From the NCBI GenBank assembly GCA_964252035.1, contig OZ176205.1: a stretch of DNA of 64,000 bases, one strand, 5' to 3'. Positions 10,890 through 21,990 of this stretch are shown here, in pieces. Both the position numbers and the translations under genes were made by a program. The stretch is from Podarcis erhardii (Eukaryota). The notes beneath the pieces were generated by a model. It was not told the DNA's origin. It made no database searches and saw only the letters and a list, made by a program, of their open reading frames with translations. The first letter of the stretch is position 1, and every line of letters begins with the position of its first letter.

Positions 10890-11113
10890 GAGATTCCTGT
10901 ATTGCAGGTGGTTGGTCTAGATCAGTGTCTAGACCAATCTTGTGTCTCCAGCTGTTTTTGGACTACAATTCCCATAATCCCTTGCCACTGGTCTTGCTAG
11001 TCAGGGATGATGGGAGTTGTAGTTCAAAAACAGCTGGAGGCACAAGGTTGGGAAACACTGGTCTAGATGACTCCCTAGATGAGTCCCTTTCAACTGTAGT
11101 TCTCTGATTCTAT
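10890..11113 (+). mobile_element. CR1 3' terminal fragment interrupted by a hAT MITE
   Basis: gagattcctgtattgcaggtggttggtctagat [MITE] gactccctagatgagtcccttcaact...ctgattctatg rejoins into the CR1 3' end. Confidence 0.8.
10923..11060. mobile_element. Complete 138-bp palindromic hAT (Charlie-like) MITE with 8-bp TSD gtctagat
   Basis: Termini cagtgt...acactg; arms ctccagctgttttt..actacaa.tccca pair; TSD at 10915-10922 and 11061-11068 fits the NTCTAGAN hAT target preference. Confidence 0.92.
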
Positions 11114-11474
11114 GGTTGAGCAGCGATTCAAACCAAAGTCTCTTCGGTCTATACCCAGTGCACTATTCTTTTCACTACTGTGTGTGCGTTAAGAGATGTT
11201 TCTTTTGAAATGGCTTTGAGCTATATGGTTCCAAGTTTGTCTTGCTGATAACTGTTTATGTTTAGCAAAAGGAATTACGTAAACTCATCCACCAAAAGGC
11301 CCATTATTATTTTGGTTAATTTTGGGGTTGTGTGGGTTTTTTCCTACTATAATATGCAGATAAACTAGATGGAATATATAGATATGTATTTGCAAAATTG
11401 AACTGACTGGAAACAGATCCTACTAGGGTAAGGGTTGATTAGAAGTTTGTTCAACCTTTTGAATGGCAGAATTA

Positions 11475-11978
11475 CCGTATTTTTCGCTCTATAGGACGCA
11501 CTTTTCCCCCTTCAAAAATGAAGGGGAAATGTGTGTGCGTCCTATGGAGCGAAGAAGCCATAGCCCCGCGACCCTCTCCCAGCTGAAGAGGTGACGCGCG
11601 ACTATGGCAGCAGCCTCTCCGCTGCGCGCCTTTCCACTGCTCCCTGACCTGCTCTTTGGGGCTGGTGGTGGGCTTCCCCCTGCCAGCCCCAAAGAGCAGG
11701 TTGAAAGGAACCTGAAGCCTGGAGAGTGAGAGGGGTCGGAAGCTCTCCAGGCTTCCAAGGTAGCTGCCTGAAGGCGACTGAACGCACCTTAAACAGCACC
11801 TTGTTTTAGAGGGGGAAAACAAAAGGGGGGAAATTCTCCCCCTCTCTGCGCAATGCCTCCTGCCGCTTCGCTGAAGGGGCGCTGGGCAGGGAGGGGGAGA
11901 ATTTTTTTTCTTGTTTCCCCCCCTCTAAAACAAGGTGTGTCCTATTGTCCAGTGCGTCCTATAGAGCGAAAAATACGG
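11475..11978. mobile_element. Complete 504-bp Tc2/pogo-like MITE
   Basis: Perfect 28-bp TIR ccgtatttttcgctctataggacgcact; TA on both sides (11473-74, 11979-80); internal inverted repeat 11797-11822 / 11911-11937; no transposase ORF. Confidence 0.93.
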
Positions 11979-13970
11979 TATATATAGAATATGCAGTGCT
12001 TAAGCTTTTACAAGGAGAAATTCAATAATGAAAGAATGAAATTGAGGTGAAACATAACTAATATTAGGTTAACATATTAGAGGCATCTCTGTGTGAAAAA
12101 AAATTCCAGTCCTGCACACAGTTACCTGAGAGTAAGTCCCATTTAAATCATGGGTAGTCATGCATTGGATTTCACTACTGTTAAGGTTATAGATACTCAT
12201 CACTAAGAGGATTTTAAATCAGATCTGACAAATCCCCAGTGAATGTACATTATGGGGCGGTCCCAAATTGATATGGAGATGCACTGGAAGAACTAATGTC
12301 TTTTCATTCTTTAATGGCTAGGATTCTTCTCGCCCACAGGCAAATAAGCAATTGCTTTAACTGTTCACCCATGCTCTGGTGAGCGATTTTGCCATACTCC
12401 ATGGCTTTGTTTTGGTTTTATGTTATTTTTTCTCCATGGTTCTCTTCATAAGTCATTTTAATTTGTTCTCAGTGTTATCTTATGAAATATAGAGCTCATT
12501 CTACTAATAAAAATACTTTGTTATTTAGCTGATAAAACATGTTTTATTTAAAAATCAATGCAGAAAGTTTTAATATCAGTTTTGGCCCCCACTTCCCTCT
12601 GTGTCTCGTTGTGGAGCTGGGCTTTGTGTAAGCTCACCACATGCACAAATAACTAAAATAAATTGTTTTCATCCTTTTCTTACTCATTGTGCAAGGAATT
12701 TAAATCAATAATGTCTGCCTTCTTTCTAGCTTACTGGTGCGTATATAAATGCAGCTATATTATTTTGCACAGTATCGTAAATTGGAGTCCTGGCATGAAA
12801 GAAAAATGAACAAAAGTGAAACAGAATTGTACTCTGTGATAATAATGAAATATAACTCTAAGCTCAATTAAAACTGGTTGGACCAAGACCATCTTGGTCC
12901 ACATATGAAGTTTGTGGATGATAGGCATCTTATTTGCCAGAGGGAAAGCTCCAGAATGCTTGGTTTTGGCAGGGCAGTAGCTTCTGTTTTAACATGATAA
13001 CATGACTATTGCTGTTGGGGCAGATTAGCTCTCAACCCTCTCAAAGATAATAGAATTCACATTAATCTCCATCTCGTCTGTGTCTTTTTGAGTCTTGCCT
13101 CTTGCATGAAGTCTGATTATATTACTATGCAATTTGTAGGTTCCCCCGTAACTCACTACTGCTTTGAAGATCCCAGCTATTTTCCAGTATGGGATCTTGC
13201 AAGTCAGAGGCAGATCTAGAATTATGAAATGACATTGCAATGGGGATTAAATTTGCTTTGATTTCTTAGTTAGGCCCTGACCTATGTGTAGTATATGATA
13301 GTGGTAGGTTTGTTGGGATGAGGAGGGAGGGCTGCTATTCTTTGTGTTGTAGGAAACATGGCGTAGCTGGAGCTGATTTTGAAGCTCCCAACACAGGAAC
13401 GGTGACAGGCTTGCAAATGGAAATGGAAACTAAAAAGTGTTGTTGCTTTTTTTAAAAAAAAATCTGATTAAAAATGTGTATTGGCAGGGATGTACCTACC
13501 AGATGCTTACTTTAACAAATAATCAGCCTATCATCCACCACTTGGGGGCTTTTCTATAAAATAAAAAGTGATAATTGCAATATAATAAAACAGTCTGAAT
13601 AGACATAAAAGCTTTGTTTGGTGAAAACTGTAAACAGGTTCCAAGGAAGTATATATTTAAAGAAGTGTCTTTGAATTCTGAAACCATCTGTAATAAATAT
13701 TGCAAAAACCAAACAAATAGTTTAACACAGTGGGTGTCAAATCTCCAGTCTTGAGGCCCAAAGTCTGTTTCTTGCAGAGCAGGCTCCAGAAGGCTTTAAC
13801 CTCTGATGATGGGGTGGAGGGAGATGAAGCTGCCTGAAGCTGTTAGGGAAAACAGCACATGAAAAAATGGAAAGCACAGTGGGAGGAAAGGGAGATAAAT
13901 GTTGATTTCCTATACTGATACTAGTTATATATGTTACTTCCCAGTGGGAAGGAATACTGCTAACAATAAA

Positions 13971-14056
13971 ATAGAATCATAGAATTGCTAAATTGGAAGG
14001 GATCCCGAGGTTCATCTAGTCCAACCCTGCAATGCAGTAATCTCAACTAGATCACA
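13971..14056 (-). mobile_element. CR1 3' terminal fragment
   Basis: atagaatcatagaattgctaaattggaagggatcccgaggttcatctagtccaaccctgcaatgcag. Confidence 0.8.
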
Positions 14057-14215
14057 GTAGGCCTCAGCCTGCCCCAGAATAGTGATCAATAGGCTGGGCC
14101 TAGCTTGAAATATAACCCCTGCTTTTCAGTTGCTGTCCAAGATGCTATTCCCCAACTATGTTGGAAATAACTATGACCACCCAGGCCCAGAACAGGGTTC
14201 TCTTGTCACACTAAA

Positions 14216-14369
14216 TATTTACTTACTTATATTTAAATATTTACATGTATAATCTATCTATAGTATGGATACCACCCTTCATCTGAGGATCACAGCATGA
14301 TTTGCAATATAAAAATACAAAAATATGTAATATAGTAACAAAGAAAACCAATAACACACACACACACAC

Positions 14370-14408
<39 letters not shown>

Positions 14409-14800
14409 GAGAGAGCGAGAGAGAGGCCATAAATTGTTTAAATAGCCAAAGATCTGGTTGTAGAGGAACATTTTCATCAGGTGCCTAAACATATGTAATG
14501 AAGGCGCCAGGTGAGTCTCCCTGGGGAGAGCATTATACAAATGAGGAGCCACCACAAAAAAGGCCCATTCTTATGTTGCCACCCTTTGGACCTCTCGTTT
14601 AGGTGGAACACGAAGAAGGGCCTCAGGTGATGATTGCAGTGTTTGGGTCAGTTCATATGGGGTGAGGCAGTCTTGAGCCATTAAAGCTTTATAGATCAAA
14701 GCCAGCACTTTGAATTGGGCCCAGAAATAGTCTGGTTGCAGTCCGACCAGGATTGGTATTATGTGTACAAACCATCTTGCCCCGGTGAGCAACCTGGCTG
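14216..14800 (-). mobile_element. L2 LINE 3' end with an expanded microsatellite in its 3'UTR
   Basis: The reverse complement shares cagccaggttgctcaccggggcaa and the downstream ...tgaggcccttctt...agggtggcaac with the L2 at 3417-3690; ORFs 14241 and 14571 are its remnants. Confidence 0.85.
14354..14425. repeat. Compound microsatellite (AC)~26 with one interruption + (GA)~9
   Basis: Read directly from the sequence. Confidence 0.97.
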
Positions 14801-17417
14801 TCAACACTGTCCCACTTAAACAGGACAACTGAAAAAGTCTCCAGTCCTAGCACATGGGACTGCATAGCTGATAAGATTTCAAAACTATTCAGTATTGTAT
14901 TTAGCGTTTCTTCTGCTTTAGGGAGCTAGAAGGTACCAAAGGTTCCCATTCAAAAAGGAAGAACACTTAGAGAAGTTTATCTGTTGACAAGGCAAATAGA
15001 ATCAGGGTGTAAGTATAGCAAAGAATCAAAGTGTTAGGAATCACTAGGTTGTTCTTATCTTTAGTTATTGTAATCTGCATTGTACTATTGTGGTGCCATT
15101 TACAGTTGACAGTGGTAATACTGTACTGTAAATGTTTTAATTAATGTCATAAGATGCTAGTGTACCTTGTTTTTATTTCCTTTTTTACATTAATGTAAAA
15201 TATTAGTGTACATGGTTTGGAATCCATGGCTGGGTTTTGGCTCTCTGTGAGGATCTGTCTGAAATATCCTTCCTTTGGCACCTTGATATATGACCGTCCC
15301 GGTTGCATAATGCCTTCAAGGTGCTGTGGGGAAGCAGTCTTTTCCTTCCTCTGCGGCGTTTTCTCTGATGTGGTTCAGGTTATTAGCTATATGTATTACG
15401 TAAGTTTTCAAAGCTGGCTGTGAATGTCTTTGTGATAGTTTAATAAAGATTGAGATCTGTAGTGGTTAATAGGACTTGACAAATAAATACTCTCAGATAA
15501 AGAGAACAGTGCTTGGAAAACTATGAAAGACTGACCTAAGTATATCTACAGAATGGGGTATGAGTAGTGCTAAGCAAATGGAGCTGGCAGCTGTGGTTGG
15601 GTTGCAAGCCTAGCCTTGCTTGTGGCACTTTGGAACACAAACTTTTACTACATTTGAAAAAGTTTAATAAGTTTGTCTCTGACTTCAATGACTTTGGGAG
15701 TAATTGTGGGTTTTATGGTACATGAGCACATTTGTTCCTAGTATGGCACCAGCAAGTCATCACTAGTCAAGAAAGGATTTACTCAAGGATATTAATCCTT
15801 TTTAGGATCTGTACAGAATATACTTTGGCATTTTGAATTTAATTTTTTAGAAAACTTTACGGACAAGCTAGGGGAATACATCTTTATGCATTGTGCTAGA
15901 TATTTTGTGTCAGTGTAGACATTTTGAATGGATAATAGGATGTGGTGTTAATGGCTTTTTTTCTCTGTTGGTCTTAGCTCCTCAAATAGAAGGATATTCC
16001 CAGTTGTATGGGCTTTAAATAATGAATGCAAATAACATAATGGTTGTATCCAATGGTGGCTTTTCACTAGTACCCCACTCACACAAGGCAGAGAACCCAA
16101 TTTCCTCCCAAAATCTGAATTTCTGTTGTACAGTGATGCTCCCCTCTCTGTTATTTCTGGAATATTTGTATTATAGGTGGGACACTATCCAGGGCAAAAT
16201 CTAAAATGAAAATTTAACTTCAGTTCTATTCACTACCTATATATGCCGTTCAGTATTGTCTCAAACAATGAAAATGTCTGTCATGTATAGATTCTGCTAA
16301 GACTTCCTCAAAGAATGACCTCTCTCTTGAATAGTGCTGCTTCCTGCACATGCAGTCAGGCTTTTCACTGCATTTGGGGATAAGTTATGCTGTGATACCT
16401 TAGCTGGCCTTCAGCTTTATTAAAGATGGTAGTTTAAATATTTATACAGGTTGAGATGGAGCCCATATAATCAGAAGTGCAGTTGCTGTGGTAACTGTGA
16501 TCCTGAGAGATTGCTTTGCTTTCTTACTGCTTTAAATCTTAAGAAAGAAAGAAATCTATGATTTGTTAATTTGTGTTGGTGTTGATAACTCAGGATCAGG
16601 TTTAAATCCAAACCTTTAAAGGTATAGAGCAACCATTTTACAAAAGGTATATAAGTAACAGGTTACAATTATTATGTGGCCAATATTCTTTTTGTATTTT
16701 CAATAAAACCTTGAAAGGAGAGGAATTAAGGCAGAAATTAATGCCCCCAATAGCTACAATTATAAAGGTTGCAATATGTAGCCCCTTAGAGTTAAGTATG
16801 GTAACTTGGGAGTTTTTGGTGATAAAATGGCAGACACAAAATCCAGTTTGTTTGACTCACATAGCAAGTGGCTGTTTAAAAGTACTTCATTCTCCTCAGG
16901 CCTAGCAGAAACATTAGCTGCTCGACCACAATGCTTTTTCTTAGAATGTAAAGACATTGATTGTGAGAGAGGACAAGCAATTAGAAAATGAACTTGGGAA
17001 ACAATGTTGTGCCTGTGATAGAGAAATGTCAACTGCCTCCATTCCCACACTGGCTGGTAGAAATTTGTGGTAATTTGGTTAGACTTGCTCTGCAAATAGT
17101 AACTTCACAAGGCATGTAGATCTGTCATGCAACAGAAAAACAGTCTGACAAGAGATTCTTTGTTGCTACTTACCTCCATCTTTTTTGGAAAGCTCAAGTT
17201 TAAAATAGCATATGAGATCCCCTTCTTTACCTTTCTTGGTGTCTAAAGTCCTATAATGGCAGGGAACATATTAGGTGCTCAATGCTATCACATTCTTATT
17301 TGTTTTACTCCCCCCCTGTTGCTGCTCTTAACTATTTGAGGAAAAACAATTGATAAAAGGTGACACACCTGGCATTTCTTATACAGGATTAGCTTGATTC
17401 TTTTTCTTTCTTCACAG

Positions 17418-17510
17418 GCCTCCAGAACTAGCATCAAAGTATGCTAACATCTCAGAGGGGGTTTGCAAGCCTGGATATGCATCTGCACTCATGACTGCCA
17501 TCTTCCCAAA
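17418..17510 (+). CDS. ST3GAL3: ST3GAL3 coding exon, 93 nt, (L)PPELASKYANISEGVCKPGYASALMTAIFP(K)
   Basis: Acceptor tctttttctttcttcacag|G, donor AA|gtaagt; open frame matching ST3Gal III; symmetric phase 2-2 exon. Confidence 0.98.
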
Positions 17511-18738
17511 GTAAGTTACCTGTGCCTTCAGGTTTGTGCATTACAGACCTTTACTCCTACCATAATATTTTCCCCTGTTTGTGGTACGATGATGATGACG
17601 ATGATTAAGGTAATATCGTAATTTAGAGATTTGGGGGACTATATTCTTAGTGATTTATAAATTATCAGGGACGTATGTTACAGTAACATAAAATAAGCTA
17701 GTTTTGTGAAGCCATAATCAAAGCCACTTAACACATTTTGAAAGATTTCAAACATCATCTCCTCATGTCATTAAAAGTTACTACCTAATTTATTGGCAAA
17801 ATCAACATATTTCATAATCTAAAACTGTACCTTGAAACAGGAGGACAAACAGTACCGATTAATTCCAAAATATAAATTTCACTGGTCATACATGCATAAT
17901 TTCTTATCATATTTGTCATCCTTTACAGCATTTAATAATATGCAACTGTGTCTGAATATTCATGTATTGTTTCTCTTCCTTTCCCATTTCCCTTTTTTAT
18001 GCATTCCATCTTTTTAGATTGCCTAGAATTGCACTGATAAAGATAGGTTGATTTGTGCCCATAAGACTGACCCTCCCAACAGGCAGAGTGAGGGAACTGC
18101 CCCAAGTACCTAATTTGTAGGTGTTATGAAAGGCTGGTTACTTAATCATTTTTGTATGCTAACTGCTAGTGAAGGGGAGATGTGCTTGTGGGTGCCAAAT
18201 GACTTTGAGTTGAAGAGGAGCTGCCTTGTCCACCATCCAGTCCATTTTAGGTTCTTAGAAGTATATATGATTCTTCACTTGATTTTGCAGTCATCAAGTA
18301 GTTTGTATATGCGTGTGTGTGTCTGCCTTGCTTATAAAGAAAGTTGTTTCTTGGATAAAAATAGAACCATGTTATAGTATGATGACGCTGGTGATTCTCA
18401 AATATATGTGTATATCTGACAGCATACAAGAGAATTCAGGAGCTGAAAGGCAGAAACCAGTATTCACTGTTTGGCTTTAAATGGCGTGTTGCTGTGTCCT
18501 TGTTCATTGAAAAGATCATTCTAAATTGGAGGCCTTTGCTCATCTGAGAGTTGGATTGCTGAATAGCTTTTGACCTTTCTTTGGGAAGAGGGGTCTGGCT
18601 TTCCACATTTAATACAAGGGCCTCCAGTCCTACGGAATATGCTTGTGGTATACAGTACACAATGCGACAAAGCCCTTCCTAACCCTGAGGATTTTCTGCT
18701 CACAAACAAGCTGCAGTTATGTACCAGTGTACAAGCCA

Positions 18739-18770
18739 TGCCTGCCTGCCTGCCTGCCTGCCTGCCTGCC
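18739..18770. repeat. (TGCC)8 tetranucleotide repeat
   Basis: Read directly from the sequence. Confidence 0.97.
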
Positions 18771-19879
18771 ATTTTGTAGTTCACAGTTGTGTGGAAATAA
18801 CAAAGAGCATTCGCATCATAAGTCAAGAGCTTCTGGTCTGCTGTTTTAAAAGGAGACAAAACATGTATAACTCATTATGAAGTTGTTCCGGTAGCATTTC
18901 TCAGTGTATGTGTGGATTTATTGAGAGATGAATTCAACAAAGTATGGGTAATGTTGGGTTTTATAATGTGACTTCAGGACTATATTCACTGTGTATCAGC
19001 AGTGAATAATGTACAGATGTGTAGGGTCAAAAGATGGTGGTCACTTTTATATCCAGTTTTGAGTATAATTCAGTAAAATGTAATCTGGTTGCTATGAGAA
19101 GGAGCTCTGGAGTTATATTCTGCTGTTAGGGTACACTAGACAGACTTTGAAGAAGATGTGTGTCCAGTTGCCTGATGTGCATGGGAGATTGCAGAGTGAA
19201 ATCCTGCTGGCAGTATGTGTCTGCTTTGCTGCAGTGTTAGAAACTGAGATATGAAAACTAGGAGCTAAACCTAAGTTATGGGCGCAACAATGGAATGTCT
19301 AGACACACTTCTTTTATAACAAGAATACAAAGGTGAAAATGAATGAACTGCAGCTAAAATATTTTGTTCGTTTTTCACATGGTCTAGTCCCTGCAGGGTA
19401 TTATGATATTTTCCCTTAAAGGATGAGCAGCGTCTATTAGCATTTGGGTTTGAGCTTTCAGGAAGGAAATCAATAGAGTAGCCACTTAGGGGTGAGTTCA
19501 TATTTTCATGAGGCACTATAAGATACTTGATTGATTGCAGGTGCCACTTCTGAAAGGTGGATGTTGCTGAATATTCTGGGAGACTGAATTTTTGAGGGCA
19601 TGTTTAACACAAGATGAAACTTACCTTGTACGTTCCATGGACACTAAGGAGAGACGTAGTTTTGCCTTATCCGTATATTGCTTGTTCCTCTTGATGGATA
19701 TGGGACAGTCTGGCACAATGGTCATTGGAGCCTCTCTGTTGTCTTACTTAGGAGTGAGAGTAGGCAGGGACACCAGGAGTCGCCCTGTCATGTCCCCTCA
19801 TTATTCTCCCTCTGTTCTTAGTTACCTGTTCAGTTTTCAGGTTTGCTAAGGTACTGTTAGGTTGACAGATGCTTGGCGA

Positions 19880-20055
19880 CTGACATTGCTCAGGCACAGG
19901 TGTGCCAGCTTGGCCCCGTGACTGTGGGTGCCCAGGATTGTGGATGCCATGCAGCGTGCATGGCCCTGCCATGGACCTTGTGGATGCCCGGGCCCTTCAT
20001 GGGGAATTTTGTGGGTGCTCAGGCACCCAGGACCCCAGGGAGTTGGTACCTATGT
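19880..20055. mobile_element. GC-rich DNA-transposon-like remnant with internal repeats
   Basis: Ends gggtgctcaggcacccaggaccccagggagttggtacctatg (CATAGG-type terminus on the minus strand); tgctcaggcac, tgtgggtgc and tgtggatgcc each occur twice. The other end was not identified. Confidence 0.4.
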
Positions 20056-20793
20056 TCAGGCATATTTTGCAGGGAGCCCATCTTTCCAGAAGACCAAAAT
20101 GGAGAAAGGCCTTTTCTGTCTGCACATTGCCTCACATCCATATATGGCCAAGTTCCTGTTTCTCAACTATAGATGCTGTAAGGCTGCTGCAATCTGGCTG
20201 TGACGTTTGTTCTTGATGATAGTTCAGTGTGTGTTGGAAAAGACAAATGATGCTGAAATTTGTCATGGTGGAGCCTTAGTTCTGGGGGAGCTAATTTATG
20301 GTGAGCAATTATTTTAATTATTGCATTTTGGAAACTTCCATATGTATTGGGTATCACATTTAAATTAAAACCTGGAACATTTCAAAATGATATATATGAA
20401 ATGTTTCTGTTTTTCTTCACACTTTGGTTTTCATTATGTGCCCATGGCAGCTTCACAAAATGTGATCTCTTTTCCTTCAGTTCAGTTTCAGCAAGTATCT
20501 CTTTTTTTTAAAGTGTGAGGTGACAGGCTTGTTGCTTTAAAGCCCCAGTTAAGTTCAAAGGCTCCAGTTGTCCTTGCAAATTAACTCAACTCTTCTCCAC
20601 TGAGATAGCAGTATCTGCTGTAGATATTAATTCTTTCAGTTAATATAAAATGTTCAGCTTAATACTATCGCCTATTTTACCAAAGCCTTAGTAATTTTAA
20701 AAGGGAGAGAGGGTGTGTCCATTCATGAATTAGTCTGTTTTGACAGTTTTATACTAATTATGTTGCATAGTAATCTTCCTTGCATGACCCTTG

Positions 20794-20821
20794 CTCCCTC
20801 CCTCCCTCCCTCCCTCCCCCC
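20794..20821. repeat. (CCCT)n polypyrimidine repeat
   Basis: ctccctccctccctccctccctcccccc. Confidence 0.95.
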
Positions 20822-21752
20822 TCTTGTGATTCTAGGACTCGCTTTCTGCTTTTTCTGCTTTTCTACCTTCTACAGTATAGAAGGGTTTAATTAACAGTGA
20901 TGCCCCCTCTAGTAATTAGTGCACGGTATCCTTATTTGATGACTATACTAGTGAGAGAGCCAAGGAATATGAAATACTGTACTCTCTTTTCCAGGTTGAT
21001 GAATTAGTGGAGATTTACAGTTTTACTGGCTGAGAATTCCTGGTTCTCAAAAAAGGGAAAACAGACACAGTACCTGTTTATATTAGCCAACTAATGCTTA
21101 AAATGCTAGAAAAATACTTTTGAGTTGCATAATGCTCTTCATTAGGATGATAAACAACCACTGATATTAATGATCATGGTGTTGTTGTTTTATCTAGTTT
21201 TTACTCAGCAGTGCTGGCAGACTATTTAATACCAAGCTAGAGAAAATAATTGAAGCATACATTTAACTAGAAAACAAATAGTCCATGTTGTTAAGGGTTC
21301 ACGTTTGCAGAAGTCAAACCCTGACGTAGCCATGAGGTTTACTGGGAAGTATGACCCAGTCACACTGACACACTCACAGCACCCAAATGACATATCCCTG
21401 CATTTGTATGACTATTACATGAGAATGCACCCAACAACTACCATCTAGATCTTATCTATCTCCCTAGACTGAAACATAAAAATCATGGGAAGCAAAAATC
21501 TGAGACATTTATTATTCAGACCATGGAGACAGATGTGTTCTGTGATTTGATGGCAGTTAGGGGCTGATCCTGTGTTTAAAAAAAGAAAGTTATGCACATT
21601 CAATCTAGTCAATCGGAGTAGCACAGACCACTGCTGAAGAATGACTTAAATATAGCCAGGAAGAGGATAAAGGAAATTCGGGGGTGGGGTAAAAACAACA
21701 GCAGCTATTGCAGGTACCGAGTGGATCATGGATTCATTATTTTTTCCTTCTG

Positions 21753-21990
21753 TAATAAGAGGATAAGAAAAATGATATTGGGTCCGGCCAAAGGCCTATC
21801 TAGTCCTGTTCTCACAATGGCCAACCAGATGCCTAGGGGAAGACTGAAAACAAGATTTGAGTACAATAGTGCTCTCCTCACTTATGATTCCCAGCAATTG
21901 TTATTCAGAGGTACACTTCCTCTAACACTTCTTCTAACATATTAATAGCCTTGAATTTGTCTAATACACTTTAATAGCCATGTAATCATC
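21753..21990 (-). mobile_element. Older CR1 (L3-like) 3' end
   Basis: ataagaggataagaa...ggccaaaggcctatctagtcc...tgttctcacaatggccaaccagatgcct...ttcccagcaattgttattcagagg, the reverse-complement CR1 3'UTR with an (ATAAGAAC)-type tail. Confidence 0.7.

Noticed and set aside
11472-11822. Overlapping ORFs in the GC-rich MITE, and those at 39980-40315 and 49195-49472
   Set aside because: They lie inside non-autonomous MITEs, show no DDE transposase motifs and reflect stop-poor GC-rich sequence.
12880-12902. tggaccaaga-cca-tcttggtcca 10-bp perfect hairpin
   Set aside because: Isolated and short; expected occasionally by chance or local template switching, with no supporting context.
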